Positions 18,828-26,975 of a stretch of 64,000 nucleotides of DNA are shown piece after piece (within the stretch, counting starts at the first letter, position 1; the number at the start of each line of letters is the position of its first letter). The notes under the pieces are model-generated. The model was not told the origin of the DNA, searched no databases, and was given only the letters and a program-made list of their open reading frames with translations. Position numbers and translations under genes: made by a program. Source of the DNA: an uncultured Gemmatimonadota bacterium (GTDB taxonomy: Bacteria; JAAXHH01); contig OX638340.1 in assembly GCA_951812955.1 (NCBI GenBank), forward strand, positions 3,392,001-3,456,000, read 5' to 3'.

Positions 18828-19850
18828 TTATCCCAGTTGTTCGCCCACCGCCTCAACGGCCATATCCACGGTAATGCCAGTAAGGTCGCAGAGGGGACCG
18901 CGTTCGCAGGTCGGACACTGCCCGTCGGGCGGCAGCAGGTTTTTGTCCCGTCCGCCCAGGGGCCGCCACCGCTGCGGAGACCTCGCAGGCAACGGGCAGA
19001 AGATGGATACCGTGGGGACGCCCAGCGCGCCCGCCAGGTGCATGGGACCCGTGCTGCTGCACACCAGGAGATCCATTTCACCGACCACCGCGATGAGTTC
19101 GTCCAGCGAAAGCCGCCCCGCAAGGGAAAGGGCGGGTCCGTCCAGCGCGGACATGATCGTCCGGGCGAGATGGTCTTCCTCCGCGCTGCCGGTGACGACG
19201 ATTTTCGCGCCATGGCGGTCCTGCAACCGTTTTGCCAGTGCGCCGTACCGCTCGGCCGTCCAGTTCGGGGCGTTCCCGCCGTTACCGGGATGAATGCCGA
19301 TGACCGGAATCCCTTCCGCCGAGCCCAGTACCGCGCGGGCTTCAAGCCGCTTCCGCTCCTGCACCTCGATCAGGGTCCCCCTACCCGGTTCCCGGGCGTC
19401 GAGGGCACGGGCAAGGTCCAGGCAGTAGTCCGATTCGTGCCGGAGGGGTTCGTAACCGTCGCGGCTGATCGACCGCGTAAAGGTCAGCGCCTGGTATATC
19501 GTCCGGCCCACGCCGACGCGGCGCGGAATGCCTGCCAGGAAGAGCATCCAGGCATGGCGCATGGTCGGCATGAGCATCAGGGCCGTGTCGAATCGATGGG
19601 ACCTGAGAAGCCGCACCTGTTCCAGGAAACCCGCCGGGCCGCGATGACCGTCATCCGGGTCGTCCGCGATCACGGCGTCGAGAACGGGGTTTCTTTCGGC
19701 CACCGCTCGGGTGTAGGGATGTACCATCATGGCGAGGTAGGCTTCCGGCCAGCGATGCCGGAGGGCGTTGATCACCGGCAGAGACAGCACCACGTCTCCG
19801 ACCCGGTCGGGTCTGATCACGAGGATCCGGGGTGAGGTTGCCTGTTCCAT
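18828..19850 (-). CDS. Glycosyltransferase family 9 (heptosyltransferase-like), second paralog
   Basis: RILVIRPDRVGDVVLSLPV...CSSTGPMHLAGALGVPTV. The likely start is the internal Met at 19850; the track ORF runs to 19910. Confidence 0.8.
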   Translation of the reverse strand: MEQATSPRILVIRPDRVGDVVLSLPVINALRHRWPEAYLAMMVHPYTRAVAERNPVLDAVIADDPDDGHRGPAGFLEQVRLLRSHRFDTALMLMPTMRHAWMLFLAGIPRRVGVGRTIYQALTFTRSISRDGYEPLRHESDYCLDLARALDAREPGRGTLIEVQERKRLEARAVLGSAEGIPVIGIHPGNGGNAPNWTAERYGALAKRLQDRHGAKIVVTGSAEEDHLARTIMSALDGPALSLAGRLSLDELIAVVGEMDLLVCSSTGPMHLAGALGVPTVSIFCPLPARSPQRWRPLGGRDKNLLPPDGQCPTCERGPLCDLTGITVDMAVEAVGEQLG

Positions 19851-19887
19851 CGGCGATCCACCGTCGCTCCCGCGGCCTGTCGTCTTT

Positions 19888-21126
19888 CTACGCCTTCCGG
19901 GATTCGGCAAGGCGCAGTTGTCCGCATGCCGCGTCGATGTCCCTGCCGCGTTCCCGCCGCATGGTCAAGTGCAGTCCGCCCGCCCGCAACGCATCCGCAA
20001 AGACCGTCCGGCGGTATTCGTCGGGGGTTTCGTAGGGCAGGCCGCGCACCGGGTTATAGGGAATCAGATTCAGCTTGCATTTGTCCTTTTTCAGCAGCCG
20101 AACAAGGTGTTCCGCGTCCTGGAACCGGTCGTTCACGCCCTTGAGCAGGACATATTCATAGGTGATGATCCGGTCGGTCACCCCGGTGTAGTGGCGACAG
20201 GCCTTCATGAGCTGCTTGAGGGGATAACGCCGGTTGATGGGGACGATCTCGGAACGGGTTCGGTCGTCGGCGGCATGGAGGGACACGGACAACTCGAACT
20301 GGATCTTCTCGTCGGCCAGCTGGTAGATCTTGGGAACGAGGCCGCTGGTGGACAGCGTGATTCTGCGGGCGCCGATGCCGAGTCCCCAGTCGGCGTTGAT
20401 GATCCGTACGGCCCTGAGCACCTGGCTGTAGTTGGCGAGCGGCTCCCCCATGCCCATTACGACGATGTTGTTTATTGGACGGTCATCACCGGCCAGCTTC
20501 CTGACCTGGACGACCTGGTCGACGATTTCGGCCGACGTCATGTTGCGCGCCAGGCCCTCCAGCCCGCTCGCGCAGAAACGGCAGCCGATGGCGCACCCCA
20601 CCTGCGTGGAGATGCAGAGCGTGTTGCGCCGCGAACCGCCGATCAACACCGTCTCCACCTTCTGGCCGTCCCCGAGTTCGAACAGGTACTTCATGGTCGG
20701 ACCGTGGCGCGACTTCGACTGTTGGACGATGGTCAACGGGTTCAGGCAGGCGCGGTCCGAAAGTTCGGCCCGGAATGACCGGGACAGGTTGGTCATTTCC
20801 TCGAATGAGCCCACGGCCTTCTTGTATACCCATGAGGCGATCTGGCCGGCCCGATAGGCCGGTTCGTTCATCTCCGCGACGATCCGCGAGATCTCCGGCA
20901 GCGTCAGGCTCCTCAGATCCGGTTTGCCGCGCGCCGCCGTTCGTGATGTCGGTGCCTGCATGGTCAACTCCGATTTCCTCAGATCCGGTCTGCCGCGCGC
21001 CGCCGTTCGTGATGCCGGTGCCTGCATGATCAACTCCGATTTCCTCAGGTCCGGTTTGCCGCGCGTCGCCGTCCGTGATGCCGGTGACCGCATGGTCAAC
21101 TCCGATCTCCACAAAACCGGTTGCAA
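19888..21126 (-). CDS. rlmN: 23S rRNA (adenine2503-C2)-methyltransferase RlmN (radical SAM). The N-terminal extension is built from three 22-aa tandem repeats.
   Basis: CAIGCRFCASG radical-SAM motif and an RlmN-like core. Alternative in-frame Met starts at 21093, 21027 and 20961 lie inside the 66-nt DNA repeat. Confidence 0.8.
   Translation of the reverse strand: MQPVLWRSELTMRSPASRTATRGKPDLRKSELIMQAPASRTAARGRPDLRKSELTMQAPTSRTAARGKPDLRSLTLPEISRIVAEMNEPAYRAGQIASWVYKKAVGSFEEMTNLSRSFRAELSDRACLNPLTIVQQSKSRHGPTMKYLFELGDGQKVETVLIGGSRRNTLCISTQVGCAIGCRFCASGLEGLARNMTSAEIVDQVVQVRKLAGDDRPINNIVVMGMGEPLANYSQVLRAVRIINADWGLGIGARRITLSTSGLVPKIYQLADEKIQFELSVSLHAADDRTRSEIVPINRRYPLKQLMKACRHYTGVTDRIITYEYVLLKGVNDRFQDAEHLVRLLKKDKCKLNLIPYNPVRGLPYETPDEYRRTVFADALRAGGLHLTMRRERGRDIDAACGQLRLAESRKA
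20911..21108. repeat. Tandem repeat, 66-nt unit in 3 copies (about 90% identical), inside the 5' end of rlmN
   Basis: Units begin at 20911, 20977 and 21043 (cctcagatccggtttgccgcgcgccgccgttcgtgatg...). They encode repeated MxxPxSRTAxRGxPDLRKSEL. Confidence 0.8.
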
Positions 21127-21377
21127 GATACGGCGGATCGAACCCGTTGTCTATGGAAAAGCGGTGAAGGCGCGCCGGTCGCGATCGCACCTTCAGCCCG
21201 TATACTATAGGCATGACGGCCCGGCAACGCCAAGGTTGACATTTTGCTTGTTTTCGACCTCCCGCCCGCGTATATTTTCGTCGGAAGGCAAACTGGCATG
21301 AACACAGGCTTAAGGGGTCTGCGACGTAGCGCGTCGACGCGAGGAACGCAAGGACTCCGTAGCGGAGGATTGAAAAA

Positions 21378-21554
21378 ATGGCTAAGGACAGAAGCTTTGC
21401 GGCCAAGATGGCCAAGGGGACCGACAAGGATCAGGAAGAGCAGATCCAGACCGTGCTGCTGGTCAAACCCGTCAAGTCGGAAGAAGGCCACTACAAGTTC
21501 AAGCGCACGATAACCAAGTTGACCCCCGAGAACAAGAAGGCCCTCGGCGTCTGA
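21378..21554 (+). CDS. DUF4295-family small protein (58 aa)
   Basis: Below the ORF-track size cutoff. A GGAGG RBS lies 8 nt upstream. MAKDRSFAAKMAKGTDKDQ...KPVKSEEGHYKFKRT resembles the small Lys-rich DUF4295 proteins of Bacteroidota. Confidence 0.55.
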   Translation: MAKDRSFAAKMAKGTDKDQEEQIQTVLLVKPVKSEEGHYKFKRTITKLTPENKKALGV

Positions 21555-21605
21555 GACCAGGCCGCCCCCGGAACCGACCTCCCTTCAATACCGCAACGGG
21601 CCGCG

Positions 21606-22358
21606 TCAGAACAGGCCGTTGACGAGCGTGTCCCGTTCCTCCGACAACTGCAGGATGCTAAGCAGGTTGTTGACCGCATGGATCGCGAGGGGGACGTAGA
21701 GCGAACCGGTGCGTTCCCGAGCGAAGCCGAGCAGGATGCCGATCAGCGCGATCAGCACGAGGAAATACTGGTCGTACTGGCCGACGTGCAGCAGCGTCCA
21801 CAGTAGTGTTGTGACCGCGATCGTACCCCACGCGCCAATCCTCGTCCGGCGCAGCCCTTCGAACATAAACCCCCGGAACAGCACTTCTTCGAAAACCGGC
21901 GCGGCGATCACGAGCGCGACCCAGAGCATCATCGTGTATCGCGTGGTTTCTATGATCGTTTCCATCACCGGCGGCACGGGCGAGCGTCCGAGTTCGACCG
22001 TTGCCAGGTCGGCGAGTAGCAGCAGCAAGACGGCGAAAACCAGCCAGCCAAGCAGGGTCGCGGTGCGGACCGGTACAAGAGCCAGCCAGGATTTCGGGTC
22101 GACGCCCCGCGCGAGACCGAGGGCGAGCAAAACCAGGAACGTGCAGGGTACGGCGGAGAAAATGACGCCAAGGGCGACCAGGTCACCCATGCGCGCCGCG
22201 GGGTCCAGCCCCAGCATGGCCATCGCCGCGACGGTGGCGGCGATTTGCAGAACCAGGTACGTGCCCAGGATCAGCGCGGTGGAAACAAGGGTGAACCTGA
22301 GTCGGGGCGGAGCGGACGGGCCTTGCGGTTCAATGGCGTTCAGGGGTGTTTCGTTCAT
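21606..22358 (-). CDS. CPBP-family (CAAX) intramembrane metalloprotease
   Basis: Multi-TM protein with EEVLFRG and HxxxN motifs. Confidence 0.8.
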   Translation of the reverse strand: MNETPLNAIEPQGPSAPPRLRFTLVSTALILGTYLVLQIAATVAAMAMLGLDPAARMGDLVALGVIFSAVPCTFLVLLALGLARGVDPKSWLALVPVRTATLLGWLVFAVLLLLLADLATVELGRSPVPPVMETIIETTRYTMMLWVALVIAAPVFEEVLFRGFMFEGLRRTRIGAWGTIAVTTLLWTLLHVGQYDQYFLVLIALIGILLGFARERTGSLYVPLAIHAVNNLLSILQLSEERDTLVNGLF

Positions 22359-22415
22359 GAAGAATTGCCGGGCGTATCGGTGTCTTTGACGGGCCGGCCA
22401 GGGCCCGACACTGGC

Positions 22416-23678
22416 TTAGAGTATGGCCCGGAAAATGTAGAAAAAGACGATTGCCAGCAGGGCGCCGACGGGTACGGTGATGATCCAGGACGCCGCGATT
22501 CTTCCGAGGATGCTCAGGTCGAGGGCCTTGACGCCTTGGGCCAAGCCTACGCCCATGACGCCGCCGACCAGGGTTTGGGTCGTCGAAATGGGCAGGCCGA
22601 GTCGGCTGGCCAGCACAATAGTAACGGCCGCCGCGAACTCGGCCGAATAGCCCCGGGTGGGCGTCAGTTCCGTGATCTTGGTCCCGATGGTCGCCATGAC
22701 GCGGTATCCCATGGTCGCCAGCCCGATGACGATGCCGACGCCACCGACCAGCAGGAGCCAGCTGGGTACCTGGGACTCGGGGTTGACCACGCCCGACTGG
22801 CTGATATTCACCACCGCCGCAAGCGGTCCGATGGCGTTCGCCACATCATTGGAACCGTGGGCGAAGGCTACGGCACAGGCGCTCATGATCTGGAGCACGC
22901 CAAACATCTTCTCGACCACGGCCATTTGCGCATCGCCAGAGGACGGATCTTCGGATTCGGCACCCGGCCGGTTACCGATCATGCCAAGCAGAAAGTGACC
23001 CGCGATCACCGCGAAGAGGCCCAGGATACTGGACCAGAGCAGGGATTCCATCAGGGAGAGATCCAGGTCTATATTCTTGAGTCCCTTGAACAGGGTGACC
23101 AGCGAAATCACGATGACGACGCAGAAAATGTAGAGCGGCGCCCATTTCCGGGTCCGCCGCACCGGGTCCGGATGGCGGAGGATCGTCCACTTGATCGCAC
23201 TGAAAATCAGGTAGGCCAGGATGCCCGACAGGAGGGGTGACACGATCCAGGAAGCCACGATCTGGATCAGTTGATCCCACTGCACGACGCTGACACCGAA
23301 GGCGACGATGCCGAAACCGGCGATGGCGCCCACGATCGAGTGGGTGGTCGACACCGGCCATCCCAGCCGTGATGCGACAATGAGCCACGTTCCGGCGGCC
23401 GTGAGCGCCGCGAGCATGCCGTAGACGATGAGTTCGGGTGCAGCTGCGGAGATCTGCGGGTCGAGGATGCCTCCCCGCACGGTCTTGGTGACCTGCCCTC
23501 CCACCAGGAAGGCGCCGAGGAATTCGAGCACCCCGGCGATGAGGATGGCCTGCTTGATGGTGAGCGCCTTGGAGCCCACGGAGGTACCCATGGCGTTCGC
23601 CACGTCGTTCGCGCCGATGGAAAAGGCCATGTAAAGGCCGAGTACCACGGCAAGAATCAGCGTAAAATCGGGCCCCAT
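22416..23678 (-). CDS. Inorganic phosphate transporter, PiT family
   Basis: Duplicated GANDVANA / GSNDVANA PiT signature motifs. 420 aa polytopic membrane protein. Confidence 0.9.
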   Translation of the reverse strand: MGPDFTLILAVVLGLYMAFSIGANDVANAMGTSVGSKALTIKQAILIAGVLEFLGAFLVGGQVTKTVRGGILDPQISAAAPELIVYGMLAALTAAGTWLIVASRLGWPVSTTHSIVGAIAGFGIVAFGVSVVQWDQLIQIVASWIVSPLLSGILAYLIFSAIKWTILRHPDPVRRTRKWAPLYIFCVVIVISLVTLFKGLKNIDLDLSLMESLLWSSILGLFAVIAGHFLLGMIGNRPGAESEDPSSGDAQMAVVEKMFGVLQIMSACAVAFAHGSNDVANAIGPLAAVVNISQSGVVNPESQVPSWLLLVGGVGIVIGLATMGYRVMATIGTKITELTPTRGYSAEFAAAVTIVLASRLGLPISTTQTLVGGVMGVGLAQGVKALDLSILGRIAASWIITVPVGALLAIVFFYIFRAIL

Positions 23679-23821
23679 GGTCCCTTCTTACTCCCTGTTA
23701 GCAAGGTACGATTTCAGGATGATGTTTCGGAAGGCATGGACCGGAACCTTCAGGTGAGCACAATATAAAGTGCAGTACCGGGAGCGCCACGTTTATTTTG
23801 TATCTGAACCCCAGATACAGT

Positions 23822-25513
23822 TCAGTACTTCAACCCGGTGTACAAAGACTCATCCACGTGGGCGACCAGGACACGCGCTTCGCGGTCATGCACCCACCGC
23901 GCGACGGCGTTGCGGGTTTCTTCCAGTGTGCGGACGGCCTCGGCGCCGACCCCGAATCCTTCGGCGACCCTGACCCAGTCCACCGGTGCGAAATCGACGC
24001 CGGTCTCGGGCAGCCCGCGCGCCTGCTGGGCGATCTTGATGACGGCCAGCGAAGCGTCGTACAGGACGACGAGCAGGGGCGCCATACCGGTCCGATTAAT
24101 GGTTTCGAGTTCCTGTACCATCATGGCGAAGGCGCCATCACCGGTCACGGCTGCGACGGGACGGTCGGGATGGACCGTCGCGGCGCCCATGGCCGCGCCC
24201 ACGCCGTAACCCATGGATGAAAGTCCGTTGGACATGAGCAAGGTGTCCGGTCCGGGCGCCAGCCATCGCTGACCCATGACGTTCTTGTGGGCTCCCACGT
24301 CCGACGAGACGATGGCGTCCTCCGGCAGGGCCTCTTGCAGGACGCCGACCAGGTGATAGGGCGACATGCCGCCCGGTCCCACCGTAGCCGGCGGGTGGTA
24401 CATCGCGTCGACCCGCGCGCGCAGGTATCGAATGTCGTCGTCCGTCCACGCGCTTCGCCCGGTGTACTCCGCCGCGATGCGGTCCAGCAGGTCTGAGACG
24501 TCACCCACGCAGCAAGCGGGTGGGCTGTAGGCGCCGAAGCTTACGGGGGCGTTGGCGACCACGTGCAAGGGTGCGTCGAAGTGCCAGAGCCGGGAGATCT
24601 CCACGGGATCGAAGCCGATGCCCAGGACGCAGTCGCTTTGCTCGATCTGTTCGATGATGCGATCTTCGCCCGCGGCCGGCGCGATCGTGCCCAGGAATCC
24701 CTTCCCGCGTTCGTCCGCGATCCCCTTCGCCTGCACGGTCGTAGTATAGGGTATGCCCGTGTCCCGAAGGAAACGGCGCACGGCCGGCGCGTCCCCCGGG
24801 CCGTCCATTGCGATGCCGACTACGGCAATGGGTCGTTCCGCACCGTTCAGGCTGGCGAGTATGCGGGGAAAATCGGATTCGTCCGCCTGGACCGGCGGAG
24901 GCGGACGGCCTGGTCCGGCCTGCCCGGCGGCTTCCTGAAGAAAAGGATCGGGGCCGGCATCCCGATTCGCGGATTCGTCAGAGACCGGCTTCCCCGCCAG
25001 GTCGGACGGCAGGGCCAGGTAGACCGGGCCCCGCGGCGGGCCGGCGGCGACGGACAGGGCGGTTTTAACGGTATCTTCGATCCGGGCTTCTTCCAGGTCG
25101 ACGGACCAGCGGGTGATGGGCCTGAACAGATCGACCAGGGGCAGGTTCTGCTTGTTGCTGCGGTGGTGCCGCCCGGTCGCTGTCCGCGCGGAAATGGCCA
25201 GTACCGGATCCCGGTCAAGGTAGGCGGTCCCGGCGCCAAGGACCAGGTTGCAGGCGCCAGGGCCCAGGGTCGCGACGCACACCCCGGGGATCCCGGTCAG
25301 CCGACCCGCGGCGGCGGCCATGAACGCCGCCGTGGATTCGTGGCCGGTCAGGACGAACCGAATGCCCGCGCCTTCGAGCGCGTCGATCAGTTCCAGCACT
25401 TCCCCGCCGGGATGTCCAAAGGCGAAGCGGACGCCGGCGTCATGCAGGGTGTGCGCGATGACCGCCGCACCGGTTGGGCCAGGGTTCAATCGGTCGTCCT
25501 TGGTAGTGGTCAT
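23822..25513 (-). CDS. Thiamine-pyrophosphate-dependent enzyme, acetolactate-synthase-like
   Basis: 563 aa. TPP-binding region VTGDGAFAMMVQELET and an ALS-like N-terminal domain. Confidence 0.8.
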   Translation of the reverse strand: MTTTKDDRLNPGPTGAAVIAHTLHDAGVRFAFGHPGGEVLELIDALEGAGIRFVLTGHESTAAFMAAAAGRLTGIPGVCVATLGPGACNLVLGAGTAYLDRDPVLAISARTATGRHHRSNKQNLPLVDLFRPITRWSVDLEEARIEDTVKTALSVAAGPPRGPVYLALPSDLAGKPVSDESANRDAGPDPFLQEAAGQAGPGRPPPPVQADESDFPRILASLNGAERPIAVVGIAMDGPGDAPAVRRFLRDTGIPYTTTVQAKGIADERGKGFLGTIAPAAGEDRIIEQIEQSDCVLGIGFDPVEISRLWHFDAPLHVVANAPVSFGAYSPPACCVGDVSDLLDRIAAEYTGRSAWTDDDIRYLRARVDAMYHPPATVGPGGMSPYHLVGVLQEALPEDAIVSSDVGAHKNVMGQRWLAPGPDTLLMSNGLSSMGYGVGAAMGAATVHPDRPVAAVTGDGAFAMMVQELETINRTGMAPLLVVLYDASLAVIKIAQQARGLPETGVDFAPVDWVRVAEGFGVGAEAVRTLEETRNAVARWVHDREARVLVAHVDESLYTGLKY

Positions 25514-25603
25514 TCAATCAGCATGTGACGTCTATGGAAGGTACACGCGAACCGACCAGGACATGAACGTGGAGTGATGCCGAGGCGCCGCCGTCCGATT
25601 CGC

Positions 25604-26968
25604 TCAGTCGGAAGTGACCAGGTCTCCTCGCCGGAGATGGATCCGGTCGAAGCTGTCGGAGGAGATGACGTAGTACCACTGGGCGAAACGTGCGTTCAGG
25701 TCGGCGGAGGTCCGGCGCCCCGTATCGACGTTCCGCTGCCACGCTTCGTGTTTTTCCTGCAGGTCGGCGTTAGTCCGGTCGGCGTCGGTCCAGAGCGAGT
25801 CCGGCCGATTCTGGAAAGTCAGGTCGTCCGGCCTGCGCGGTTCCGGAAACGAGGCAGCGTCGAAACCGGTCGTGATGAACAGGTACCGGTTCTCGCCCGG
25901 TCCGACCGGACCGCCGGTCCCGGCTGCGCCCGTGCCGGCCGTAAGTCCATCGCCGGCGCCGTACGCGATCTCGCCGAAGCGCAGCGTGTATAGCACGCCG
26001 TCCCTGGTGCGGACCTGGGCCTCTCCCTCGTTGGAGACCAGTTGGCCGTCCCGGGTAAAGAAGTAACCCTTTTCCTGTAGGGAGGCCATATCGCTTCGCG
26101 TGATGCCGATGCCTTCGTCGTTGTCCTCCAGGCTCCTCGAAAGGCCGGCGGGCTTGGGACGGACGCCGACGATGGTCAGTTCGTCCAGGGCCTTGAGCAG
26201 GTCTTCCATCTTTACCTCGTCGACCAGCTGCCCGCTCCGCATGCGATTGACCGTCCAGTCGGTGTCTCCGCGGGTCAGGACGATCGTGTCGCGCTGGTTC
26301 AGGACCCTGGTGCGTTCGTCGATGGAGTAGTCCTTCAGGGTCACCTGCTCGATCCGGTCCGGGTCCACCTCCAGCAGGTCCTGCTCGATCCAGTCGCCGA
26401 ACCGGGACGAGACGTCCACGTCGAAGCGCGCCGCGTAGGTCCTTTTCTGGCCTGGCACCCGGAGGTAGCGGTACCTGCCCTCCCGCCCGGGCACGTTTTT
26501 GCCGATGATCAGGTCGGCGAGCAGGTTGTCGTTCCCGTCCTTTATCGTCACGCGCTTGCCTCGTCCGGCCAGCGAGGCGACGGATTCGTCCAGCGGGTCC
26601 ACCACGCCCAGGGCCTCATGGTCCGAGGCGACCTCGGCGACCACGTCGTCCTTGCGGGCCTCGATGAGACCGGCGGCGGTACGGGCCAGACGGTCCCGGT
26701 CATCCGCGGGGTAGTTGTGGTGGGACGGGATCCGCCAGCGCGTACCCTTGAACACCACATTGAAAGCGTCCACGCGGCCGGTCACCTCGTCGAAGTCGAT
26801 GACCTCCAGCGAAGCCGCTTCGTTGGGATCGGCGAATGCTGGAAAGAAGGCCTCGCCACGGTCGGAGAAAGCTTCAGGCGTAGGGTCCGCCGGCGCAACC
26901 AGAAATGCGGCGACGGTCACCACCGCGGCGGCGGCGACAAAGGCCAGGGTCTTGCGGATTTCATTCAT
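25604..26968 (-). CDS. DUF4340-domain protein (partner of GldG-type ABC transporter components)
   Basis: N-terminal signal/anchor, 454 aa. Sits immediately downstream of a GldG-like gene. Confidence 0.6.
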   Translation of the reverse strand: MNEIRKTLAFVAAAAVVTVAAFLVAPADPTPEAFSDRGEAFFPAFADPNEAASLEVIDFDEVTGRVDAFNVVFKGTRWRIPSHHNYPADDRDRLARTAAGLIEARKDDVVAEVASDHEALGVVDPLDESVASLAGRGKRVTIKDGNDNLLADLIIGKNVPGREGRYRYLRVPGQKRTYAARFDVDVSSRFGDWIEQDLLEVDPDRIEQVTLKDYSIDERTRVLNQRDTIVLTRGDTDWTVNRMRSGQLVDEVKMEDLLKALDELTIVGVRPKPAGLSRSLEDNDEGIGITRSDMASLQEKGYFFTRDGQLVSNEGEAQVRTRDGVLYTLRFGEIAYGAGDGLTAGTGAAGTGGPVGPGENRYLFITTGFDAASFPEPRRPDDLTFQNRPDSLWTDADRTNADLQEKHEAWQRNVDTGRRTSADLNARFAQWYYVISSDSFDRIHLRRGDLVTSD

Positions 26969-26975
26969 GGTCGGC

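Noticed and set aside
20486-21427. 313-aa minus-strand ORF overlapping rlmN in another frame
   Set aside because: Arg/Gly-rich, no motifs. It shares DNA with the well-supported RlmN frame.
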